From an uncultured bacterium (GTDB lineage Bacteria; Zixibacteria; MSB-5A5; CAIYYT01): a stretch of 64,000 bases of DNA. Below the pieces are notes generated by a model, which was not told the DNA's origin, did not search any database, and was given only the letters and a program-made list of their open reading frames with translations. The DNA lies in contig CAIYYT010000002.1 in the NCBI GenBank assembly GCA_903930455.1, positions 6,479 to 70,478 on the forward strand, read 5' to 3'. The translations under genes were made by a program, and so were the position numbers. Shown here piece after piece: positions 10,735-18,721 of this stretch (position 1 is the first letter of the stretch; every line of letters starts with the position of its first letter).

Positions 10735-11291
10735 TCATTGATCAGTTTTTGTCTGTTCGCTTGGGTGTCGATCTGCTGCTTTAGCTCGAGCAACTGCCCT
10801 TGCAGCCGGCTGACGTCTCGCCAGCAGGCGACTTGTTCAAAGCGCTTTTCTTGTTCGAAGGTGATCAGTTCCTTTTCGAAGAAGGATTTGCGCTTGTCAA
10901 TGACTGGCAGTGCTCCGAGCTCGAAAACGTCGAGTTGATCCAAGACTGAATTGGCACGACTGATTCGTCCGTCAATCTCATAAAGATTGCTGTCACGGAT
11001 GGAGAGGCGCTCGTAGATCTGCTCCAAAATACCCTTGGAGGAGTTCAGCAGTACTTCCTTCTTGGAATCAAGAAACCTATCAATAGGATCATTTGCCTTG
11101 ACGATGGAATCGAGACCAGGATTATCACTGGCCAACTTTGGACTTGCGACTGGCAGGTAGTGTTCATCGACGCCGAGAAGATACGGGTAGCCGAGTAGTC
11201 TTGAACAAGTTGAGAAAATTTGTGGAGCTGTATCTAAAACGAGTTTCTCGTGTCCCATGGGGTTGTAAGGATTGACATAGTTGAAGATCAT
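10731..11291 (-). CDS. Hypothetical coiled-coil protein ('gene Y'), translationally coupled to the ATPase
   Basis: ATG at 11291 after AGGTGG RBS; stop overlaps the ATPase start; heptad-rich C-terminal half. Confidence 0.7.
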   Translation of the reverse strand: MIFNYVNPYNPMGHEKLVLDTAPQIFSTCSRLLGYPYLLGVDEHYLPVASPKLASDNPGLDSIVKANDPIDRFLDSKKEVLLNSSKGILEQIYERLSIRDSNLYEIDGRISRANSVLDQLDVFELGALPVIDKRKSFFEKELITFEQEKRFEQVACWRDVSRLQGQLLELKQQIDTQANRQKLIND

Positions 11292-11363
11292 GGTTACCAC
11301 CTGAAATGTCTTGACTATCCAGTGGTAATCAGCGCAAGTATATAAATGTTCCGATTTCGCAGT
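11278..11363. repeat. Direct repeat copy 1 (gene Y leader and first 5 codons)
   Basis: Ungapped 79/86 match to 14606-14691 by manual alignment. Confidence 0.92.
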
Positions 11364-11647
11364 CTTTCGAACGATATGGACGAGTTTTTCCATCGCGTGA
11401 ACACCGAACGGTTCAGAGCAGACCGGCCTGAGGTACTCAGCAGCACTAGCAAGCATTGGCACCGCGGCAGATTAACCGATTGTCAATAGCCGCTGTCAAT
11501 CCTCATGGCAATCCCGCTAGTTTCGAAGAAAGGCTTCTCTGAAAACATAACTGACGAATGCAGCAATGTTGCGAACGGAGATTTGCCCAACGCAACAGCA
11601 ATCAGGCGGAAAGACTGGACCTGCCGATTACCTCCGCAAAATGCGGG

Positions 11648-14323
11648 CTATCTCAGCAGCAGCATTTTGTTGGTTTCCGATGCGTTTCCGGCCTTCAACC
11701 GGTAGAAATAGATTCCGCTGGCCACCAAACGCCCCCAATCATCTGTTCCATCCCAAGTGGTTGTATATGAGCCCGCATTCTTCGACTCATCGATAAGCAT
11801 TCGGACCTTTCGGCCGAGATTATTGAAAATAGTTATGGAGACGTGAGAGCGGCCTAGAATGCTATATTCAATTATCGTCGCTGGATTGAAAGGGTTCGGG
11901 TAATTCTGAGAAAGCCTCGCAGATTCTGGCAGCGGCTGCAATCCGTCATCTATCACGTCCGTGGCACTTCCTTTGAACCACCGCGCAAGATGGGCTGACA
12001 CTTTCCCCCCAGCTATTGTAAATCTTCCTCCCGCGATCAGATCATTGCCATAGGTTGTGAGAGCAGAAACGAAACCGTTCATCCCTGAACCGAGCGGTGA
12101 CCAAATAGTGTCATCCCATGCAGCAATATAGCTGGCTGTGACTTCTCCTGCTGACCAAAATTTTCCACCTGCAATCAACCTGTTCCTATGGACCGCTAAT
12201 GCGGAGACATATCCACCCATCCCTGAGCTCAAGGAGGACCAAGAGTTTCCGTCCCAAGCAGCTATGTATCTGACCAGGTTGTTTCCTCCTCCTCCCGCTG
12301 TCTCAAACTCTCCTCCAGCAATCAGCTTGTTGTTGAAGACGGTGAGGGCATTGACAGCGAAGTAATACCCACCCGTCCCTGAGCCAAGTGACGTCCAAGA
12401 AACGCCATCCCAAGCTGCGATGCCGGCTCGAGGAACACCCCCAGCAATGTTGAAATATCCTCCGACAATCAGCTCCCTGTCATAGATCGCCAGGGCACGG
12501 ACTTCGCCATTTGTCCCAGAACTGAGCGGAGACCATGAGCTGCCATCCCAGGAAGCAATAAAACTAGAGGCTACGCCCCCCTCCCACGCAAGCAATCCGC
12601 CCGCGATCAACTTGTCGTTGTAGACCGTGAGAGCATAGACGGGGCCATCCATTCCTGAGCCGAGGGTCGACCAAGAGTTGCCGTCCCAGGCGGCAATGTA
12701 ACCGACGCTGACCCCGCCTGCTGAGTGAAAACTCCCCCCCGCTATCAGCTTCTGATTATAGACAGTGAGAGCATTTACGCTTGGTCGACCATAGTTGGCG
12801 CTCATTCCTGGGCCGAGCGATGACCAGTTAGTGCCGTCCCAAGACGCGATGCAATTGACCCTGATACCTCCCGCCATGATGAACTCTCCCCCTACGATAA
12901 GCTTGTCATCATAAATTGTGAGAGCATAGACTGGACCATCCATTGCAGTCCCTAGCGGCGTCCAAGAAGTACCATCCCATCCAGTAATGTTATGGGTAGC
13001 GAAATCTCCTGCATTCTGGAATTGTCCCCCAGCGACCAATTTGCCGTCATAGGACGTGAGGGCCAACACCATGCCTGAAGTTCCCTGGCCCAGTGGTGAC
13101 CAAGATGTACCATCCCAACTGGCGATGTTCTGGGTCGAGATCCCCCCCGCATTATAGAATTTACCTCCGGCGATCAGTTTGTCATCATAGGACGTGAAGG
13201 CAAGCACCATGTCAGTAGTTCCCTGGCCCAGTGGTGACCAAGATGTACCATCCCATCCAGCAATATTATAGGTAGCGACACCTCCCGCTCCCCAGAACAA
13301 CCCTCCAGCGATTAACTTGTCATGATAAACCGTGAGAGTTCGGACAATACCATAATCGCTTATCCCTGTGCCGAGAGTTGACCAAGACGTGCCATTCCAA
13401 GCAGCGATTCTGCTGGCCGGGTCGCCTCCGGCCTCGGAAAAGTTTCCTCCCGCGATAAGACTACCGTTGTAGACTGTAAGAGCCTCGACAACCGAATTCA
13501 TCCCCGACCCAAGCGGCGACCAAGAACTACCATCCCAGGAAGCAATGTGGCGAACCGAATCGCCGTCAACCACGGAGAAGTTTCCTCCCGCGATAAGCCG
13601 CCCGCTATAGACCGTGAGACTTGCGACGACCGAATTCATCCCCGATCCAAGTGGCAACCAGGAGCTGCCGTCCCAAGCTGCGATGTGGTAAGCCTCAATG
13701 CCTCCTGCATTGGTAAAGAACCCTCCGGCTACTAGCCTATTACCATAGACTGCGAGAGCATAGACCTCGCCGTTCATCCCTGTGCCGAGCGTTGACCAGG
13801 AAGTGCCGTTCCAGGCAGCGATTCTGCCGGCAAAAACGGTGCCTGCCAGAGCGAAGCCACCTGCGACGATCAACTGACCATTGTAAACAGCAAAAGCGTA
13901 AACCAGACTATCGACCCCTTGAAATGATGGTGAAATGCTGTTATCCCAATAGATGTCATCAGGGTGATCGGTTGGCGAAGCAGGAGAAGCAGGGCGAAAC
14001 ACTGGCTGACCTGTGGAATTGTCAAATGCGGAGGTGAAACCTCTCAAGTCCAACGGTCCCTGATAACCTGAACGCTGTGCAGCTTCAAGTTCGAATCGTC
14101 CGTCAGGCTTGAGAAACTCCCCGATGCTTCTGCCGGAGGCCTTGTCTGTGTCATCAGTTGCATTCGCCTTGAAGAACCCGCAGCCATCCCATTGCCCCAT
14201 GTTTTTCGTGAATGCCAGTGGCATCTTTTTGAGTGTTTCAGCGGTTATCTGTGATGCTTGCACTTTGTACGCGAACAATAGGCTACAGAGCCCAAGCGCG
14301 GTGAATAGGATCGCTTTTTTCAA
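11648..14323 (-). CDS. Secreted beta-propeller repeat protein with FlgD/T9SS-like C-terminus (cargo B)
   Basis: About 13 repeats of V.ALTVY..KLIAGG.F..AGG....IA.WDG.SWS.LG.GM; tail QNYPNPFNPAT..SGIYFYRLKAG; TTG start with GGAGG RBS. Confidence 0.9.
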   Translation of the reverse strand: MKKAILFTALGLCSLLFAYKVQASQITAETLKKMPLAFTKNMGQWDGCGFFKANATDDTDKASGRSIGEFLKPDGRFELEAAQRSGYQGPLDLRGFTSAFDNSTGQPVFRPASPASPTDHPDDIYWDNSISPSFQGVDSLVYAFAVYNGQLIVAGGFALAGTVFAGRIAAWNGTSWSTLGTGMNGEVYALAVYGNRLVAGGFFTNAGGIEAYHIAAWDGSSWLPLGSGMNSVVASLTVYSGRLIAGGNFSVVDGDSVRHIASWDGSSWSPLGSGMNSVVEALTVYNGSLIAGGNFSEAGGDPASRIAAWNGTSWSTLGTGISDYGIVRTLTVYHDKLIAGGLFWGAGGVATYNIAGWDGTSWSPLGQGTTDMVLAFTSYDDKLIAGGKFYNAGGISTQNIASWDGTSWSPLGQGTSGMVLALTSYDGKLVAGGQFQNAGDFATHNITGWDGTSWTPLGTAMDGPVYALTIYDDKLIVGGEFIMAGGIRVNCIASWDGTNWSSLGPGMSANYGRPSVNALTVYNQKLIAGGSFHSAGGVSVGYIAAWDGNSWSTLGSGMDGPVYALTVYNDKLIAGGLLAWEGGVASSFIASWDGSSWSPLSSGTNGEVRALAIYDRELIVGGYFNIAGGVPRAGIAAWDGVSWTSLGSGTGGYYFAVNALTVFNNKLIAGGEFETAGGGGNNLVRYIAAWDGNSWSSLSSGMGGYVSALAVHRNRLIAGGKFWSAGEVTASYIAAWDDTIWSPLGSGMNGFVSALTTYGNDLIAGGRFTIAGGKVSAHLARWFKGSATDVIDDGLQPLPESARLSQNYPNPFNPATIIEYSILGRSHVSITIFNNLGRKVRMLIDESKNAGSYTTTWDGTDDWGRLVASGIYFYRLKAGNASETNKMLLLR

Positions 14324-14605
14324 AATGCCTCCCGGCGAAGTATGATGACTTACTGAACAAGGATAATTAATATGGCTGAATTGTCAAGGCAAAGCGTCGC
14401 CGATGTACATCCAAGGTCACCTACCGTAGTCGTCGAGGGGCGTTTAGTGATTGTGGGTGTTGGTTGTGGGGTGAGAAGGGGCCGTTTTGGGCTCCTTCCC
14501 TGTGCTGTCGGCTATGCTTCAACGTTCAGATATGCCCCTATTGCGGTTACTTCTCATCTGATGAGCGCCCCAGCCAGTGACATCAGGTCGTAAGTGTCGT
14601 TGTCG
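14160..14605. repeat. Diverged duplicate of ~17000-17435 (3' end of SAP gene, hairpin, promoter, signal-peptide region)
   Basis: Shared blocks such as GCCTCCCGGCGAAGTATGATGA and AATATGGCTGAATTGTCAAGGCAAAGCGTCGCC; N-termini both contain VQASQIT..TL.KMPLAFTKNMGQWD. Confidence 0.92.
14360..14387 (-). promoter_or_regulatory. sigma70-type promoter of cargo B
   Basis: TTGACA-16 nt-TATCCT on the minus strand, conserved in both copies. Confidence 0.7.
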
Positions 14606-14619
14606 TAGTTGAAGATCAT
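14512..14619 (-). pseudogene. Hybrid scar ORF: gene Y N-terminus fused in frame to SAP-gene C-terminus, with internal stop
   Basis: Translates MIFNY-DNDTYDLMSLAGALIR*EVTAIGAYLNVEA*; gene Y starts MIFNYV; 17342 gene ends NNDIYDLTSLARAIIKGEITQAGAYLNVEA*. Confidence 0.88.
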
Positions 14620-14691
14620 GGTTACCACCTGAATTGTCTTGACTATCCAGTGGTAATCAGAGCGAGTATATAAATGTTGTGATTCAGCAGT
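14606..14691. repeat. Direct repeat copy 2 (gene Y leader)
   Basis: 79/86 match to 11278-11363. Confidence 0.92.
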
Positions 14692-14797
14692 GGTGACACG
14701 CCACTGGGTGTGCCGTACAGCTTCGATGACTTGTCAAAAAGAAAAACCGGAAGCCGCCCTCTAAACTCCCGGTCATCAGTTCACTCAGCGTCCTTGC

Positions 14798-17164
14798 TTA
14801 CTTGCACCCCGCACACGGTGCCAGTCCGCCAGAGAATATGTACGCAATCAGATACACCGCGTCCGAAATATCAACCGACCCACTGCAATTGGCGTCTCCG
14901 GATTGATATGGGCAAGGCTCTGGGCCACCCCCAAAGATATAAGCAATCAGATATACAGCGTCTGAGATATCAACGCTCCGACTGCCGTCAGCGTCACCGC
15001 AGAGCTGTGGTTCGCTGAAGGCACCAAACTTGGTCACGCATGCGAGATACGGACCGTTGCCTGCCGACTGGTATGGATTGAGAAGCGGAAAGTCCGCCGA
15101 CCAAGTCATTCCTGTTACATAGGCGTTGCCCCCATTGTCAATTGCGATGTGTGGACAGTAAGCTCCTTCCCCGTCCATGCCACTGCCGCCGAGGTAGGTG
15201 CTGTATTCAAGCGATCTTCCGCATGGTTTCAGTTTGGTCACGAAAAAGTCCCAGTCACCATGATTCATTGACTGGTATGGATTCTGAATCGGAAAGAGAG
15301 ATGACTTTGTTGCTCCCGCCACGTAGGCATTTCCGACATTGTCTACAGCAATCCCAAATCCTTTGTCATAATCTCCTCCACCAAGGTAGGTGCTATATAA
15401 CAGACTGCTGCCAGAACTTGAGAGTTTGCATACAAAAGCATCGCAATAGCCACCTGCAAACGTCCCCTGATAGGGATTCTGAGTCGGGAAGTTGGAAGAC
15501 CATGTTTCCCCAGTCACATAGGCATTTCCGGTGCCATCGACTGCGATGGCGTGTCCTGCATCCGCCTCTCCTCCACCGAGGTAGGTGCTGTATATAAGAC
15601 TGTTCCCGGCACTGCTCAGCTTGGTTACGAAGGCATCGAATGGGCCACCCTGCAATGTTGCTTGCAACGGATTCTGAGTCGGAAAGTCTGTTGATACAGT
15701 CCGCCCCGTAACATAGGCATTATCGTTGGCATCGATCGCAACTCCATAGCCCTCGTCTTCTCCTAATCCGCCGAGATATGTACTGTAAGCCAGTGTGCTA
15801 CCGGTCGGATTCAGTTTCGTGATGAAGGCGTCGACTAAGCCACCACGAAATGTGGATTGGTAGGAATTTTGGGTGGGGAAATCTCCCGCATAGGTAAGGC
15901 CCGTTACAAAGGCGTTGCCGTTGCCATCGACAGCGATCCCATAGCTTTCGTCATAATCACGGCCGCCTAGGTAAGTGCTGTAGACGAGTGCATTACCGTC
16001 CGCATTTAGCTTGGTAACGAAAGCATCATAATAGTGATGATTCAAGGTTGACTGGAACGGATTCTGCGTCGGAAAGTCCATCGAACCAGTACCACCCGTA
16101 ACGTAGGCGTTGCCACCGTTGTCAACTGCGATGCCCCAAGCGAATTCAAAGTCTTCACCACCGAGGTAGGTGCTATATATCAGACTGTTCCCAGTGGTTG
16201 AGAGCTTTGTTACAAAGACGTCCTGGTTGCCATGGTACGTCTGATAGGGATTCTGAGTCGGGAAATCGATCGACTGGGTCCAGCCCGTTACATAAGCATT
16301 ACCGGAGTTGTCTACTGCAATGCTAAAGGCTTCGTCATAGCCGCTCCCACCTAGCAAGGTGCTATAGATAAGCCCAACATTCAGCGATGTTGATTGCATT
16401 CGGCTCTGATCCGTAGTTTCCAAGGTAACCGTATCCTCTGCTTCTCGCGAAAACAGGGCAGAACCTGAACGCTTATCGTTTGTCGGCCCTGCAAAAGCGA
16501 CTATCACGTCTCCCCACTTGGTTTGCACTAAAAGTGTGCCGCCGGAATCGACCAAAGTCTTTTCGGCGCCTTCGAAGGCTATTTTGACTTGTGCCACATC
16601 TGCTCCCGGCTCCACGATATACGCATACGACGCCTGGCCTGTGCCGTCGCCAGAATATCTTATGTCGATACCGGGATAAATGTCTTTGAGCGTGATCGCT
16701 TCGTAGTTGGGCACATCGGTATGCCATTTCGACGGATCATTACCGATGAAGTAGTTGCACTTGTATTCCAATTGCCCCTCGGCTACAACTTCGGGATTCG
16801 AATTCGCCCCGACGAATTTGGCAGTTAGAATCATCTGCTCGACGGAGTCCCTTTCCTGCGAGAATCGATCAGCCGTGTCAAAGGGGCTAGCGGCGTTCGC
16901 CAGACCAGGCACACTAACTGCACCGCCGCGGTCGATCCGTCTTGTGAATTGGTAGGTCACCCCTTCTTTTGTAAACCACATCGTGGCGCCTCCGGCGCTA
17001 GCGCGGAACAAGACGCGTTCGTCCCACTGGCCCATGTTTTTCGTAAAGGCCAAAGGCATCTTTGCGAGTGTCTTAGTGGTAATTTGTGATGCTTGCACTT
17101 GGAACACGAACAATAAGCTACAAAGTCCTAGCGCGAGCGCAGTGAGTAGGATTGCTTTCCTCAA
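14798..17164 (-). CDS. Secreted SBBP beta-propeller protein with C-terminal type I dockerin (cargo A)
   Basis: YSTYLGG...D.G.GIAVD..GNAYVTG.T.S.DFPT.N repeats; dockerin CGDADGSRSVDISDAVYLIAYIF..GDANCSGSVDISDAVYLIAYIF. Confidence 0.92.
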   Translation of the reverse strand: MRKAILLTALALGLCSLLFVFQVQASQITTKTLAKMPLAFTKNMGQWDERVLFRASAGGATMWFTKEGVTYQFTRRIDRGGAVSVPGLANAASPFDTADRFSQERDSVEQMILTAKFVGANSNPEVVAEGQLEYKCNYFIGNDPSKWHTDVPNYEAITLKDIYPGIDIRYSGDGTGQASYAYIVEPGADVAQVKIAFEGAEKTLVDSGGTLLVQTKWGDVIVAFAGPTNDKRSGSALFSREAEDTVTLETTDQSRMQSTSLNVGLIYSTLLGGSGYDEAFSIAVDNSGNAYVTGWTQSIDFPTQNPYQTYHGNQDVFVTKLSTTGNSLIYSTYLGGEDFEFAWGIAVDNGGNAYVTGGTGSMDFPTQNPFQSTLNHHYYDAFVTKLNADGNALVYSTYLGGRDYDESYGIAVDGNGNAFVTGLTYAGDFPTQNSYQSTFRGGLVDAFITKLNPTGSTLAYSTYLGGLGEDEGYGVAIDANDNAYVTGRTVSTDFPTQNPLQATLQGGPFDAFVTKLSSAGNSLIYSTYLGGGEADAGHAIAVDGTGNAYVTGETWSSNFPTQNPYQGTFAGGYCDAFVCKLSSSGSSLLYSTYLGGGDYDKGFGIAVDNVGNAYVAGATKSSLFPIQNPYQSMNHGDWDFFVTKLKPCGRSLEYSTYLGGSGMDGEGAYCPHIAIDNGGNAYVTGMTWSADFPLLNPYQSAGNGPYLACVTKFGAFSEPQLCGDADGSRSVDISDAVYLIAYIFGGGPEPCPYQSGDANCSGSVDISDAVYLIAYIFSGGLAPCAGCK

Positions 17165-17200
17165 GGTGCCTCCCGGCGAAGTATGATGATTTGCTGAATA

Positions 17201-17228
17201 AGGATAATCAATATGGCTGAATTGTCAA
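17201..17228 (-). promoter_or_regulatory. sigma70-type promoter of cargo A
   Basis: TTGACA-16 nt-TATCCT, followed by GGAGG RBS and TTG start at 17164. Confidence 0.7.
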
Positions 17229-17341
17229 GGCAAAGCGTCGCCACCGTGCCCTCCCTCATGGATCGCTTGCCGTGCTTTCCTAGAGGTGTTTGCTGTGGCG
17301 GGGAGAAGGGGCCCAAAATGGCCCCTTCTTTGTGCTGTGGG

Positions 17342-18721
17342 TTATGCTTCGACATTCAGATATGCCCCTGCTTGTGTGATTTCTCCTTTGATGATGGCTC
17401 TTGCGAGTGAGGTTAGGTCGTAAATGTCGTTGTTGTGGCTGGCTTCGAGTATTGTGTTTCCTCGTAGGTGTTTGGTGGTGTACATGGCGAGGATGAGCTC
17501 TTTTAGGTCGCAGTCGTTGATCACGTTGAATGGGTGTGATTCGCTTAGGCCTGCTGTGGTGTTTATGTAGTGGTTGTGGTTGAAGTAGTCGTCCAGTTCT
17601 GGTTCTTTTTCTCGGTAGACTTTGGCTGCCAGCTTGGCAAGCTTTTCCAACAATTCCTCTTTTCTGCCGGTCATGGCGACTTCGTGGTTTTTGAGCATCT
17701 CTTTGATCATCTCTCCCGAGGCGTTTACTCGTATGAATCCGCCTATGGCGTAGGTGTGTACTCGGTGTTCGGTGAAGGCGGCGTTGGCAGTGCTTGCCTC
17801 TTTTGGGGCGAGGTAGTTGAGGTTGGGGAAGCCGATTTGGAAGTTGCCTTTCTCGATCATCCTTTCGGCTGTTTCGATGTTGACGGTGAAGCAGTATCTG
17901 CCTTTGTCGTGTCGCCAGCGTTCGGCTATTTGTCTTGCTTGTTCTCTGATGGCGTGGCGGGGAACCAGAGATGGTAGCATTCGGATGGTTTCGCCTTTTC
18001 GTGTGCAGGTGTAGATAATGCTCTCCGAGTAGGCGATGTTGCGGTAGCCGTCTGAGCGCATCTGGAAGTGGCTAATTGATTCAGTCAGTTTGAGTTTTCC
18101 TTGGTCGTCGGCGATCTGCCCGAGTACGCTCGCCTGCCTGAAGTTTGTAATCGGCAAGGCCTGACTGATCAGGACGCTTTCTTCATCTTGGAAGTCTTCC
18201 AGGGTGAGTATCTGGCTGAGGTCGTAGCTGTTGATGTCGTTGTAGCCAGAAAGCTTGATCTGCTTGCTCTTGCCCTTCAGGAAGTCCCTGAGCGAGTTGA
18301 AGTCACTGTAAATCCTCGAAAGGAGACTGTAAACTGTTTGGTGAGTCCAGTTGGCTACGAGAGTCCTCTTGGCAATAGCGACCAGCTGCAAGTAGCCGAG
18401 GCCGTCGACGAAATACAAATGGTCGCGGATGTCGGCCAGCATCCTCTCAAACATGGTTCCTTCCCGATAATAAGTTCGTTCAGTTGAGTAATTGATGTCG
18501 TGGCTGTAGCCCAGCTCTTTGAGCTCCGTAATCAATTGATCTGGCGCGTTTAGTCTTTGCAGGGTGGTTTCGATGATGTGGCTTGAGTGGTCGCTGCAGC
18601 CCCAGGGGTGGATGCCTCTTAGCAGGACGTCGGCAAGTGAAACTTCCACGATCTTGAAGGTTAGGCGTTTGAATTCGGGGACTTGCTCGTCTGGTATTAG
18701 TGACAGCTGGATAGTTTGCAT
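17342..18721 (-). CDS. Hypothetical protein with SAP-like DNA-binding motif ('gene X')
   Basis: 459-aa ORF overlapping the AAA gene end; EMIKEMLKNHEVAMTGRKEELLEKL resembles the SAP consensus LK..L...GL..SG.K.EL..RL. Confidence 0.7.
   Translation of the reverse strand: MQTIQLSLIPDEQVPEFKRLTFKIVEVSLADVLLRGIHPWGCSDHSSHIIETTLQRLNAPDQLITELKELGYSHDINYSTERTYYREGTMFERMLADIRDHLYFVDGLGYLQLVAIAKRTLVANWTHQTVYSLLSRIYSDFNSLRDFLKGKSKQIKLSGYNDINSYDLSQILTLEDFQDEESVLISQALPITNFRQASVLGQIADDQGKLKLTESISHFQMRSDGYRNIAYSESIIYTCTRKGETIRMLPSLVPRHAIREQARQIAERWRHDKGRYCFTVNIETAERMIEKGNFQIGFPNLNYLAPKEASTANAAFTEHRVHTYAIGGFIRVNASGEMIKEMLKNHEVAMTGRKEELLEKLAKLAAKVYREKEPELDDYFNHNHYINTTAGLSESHPFNVINDCDLKELILAMYTTKHLRGNTILEASHNNDIYDLTSLARAIIKGEITQAGAYLNVEA

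Noticed and set aside
11990..13900. Regular ~145-bp DNA repeats resembling an array
   Set aside because: They are coding beta-propeller repeats in an open frame, not CRISPR; no constant repeat with unique spacers and no cas genes
8484..14413. 12-bp direct repeat GATGTACATCCA at 8484 and 14402 as possible att sites
   Set aside because: The second copy sits where promoter homology ends, but many 12-mer matches are expected by chance in 64 kb and no recombinase is present
15100..16370. Repeated AGGTAGGTGCT and GGATTCTGAGTCGG motifs as a possible DGR template/variable pair
   Set aside because: SBBP coding repeats; no reverse transcriptase in the window and differences are not adenine-specific
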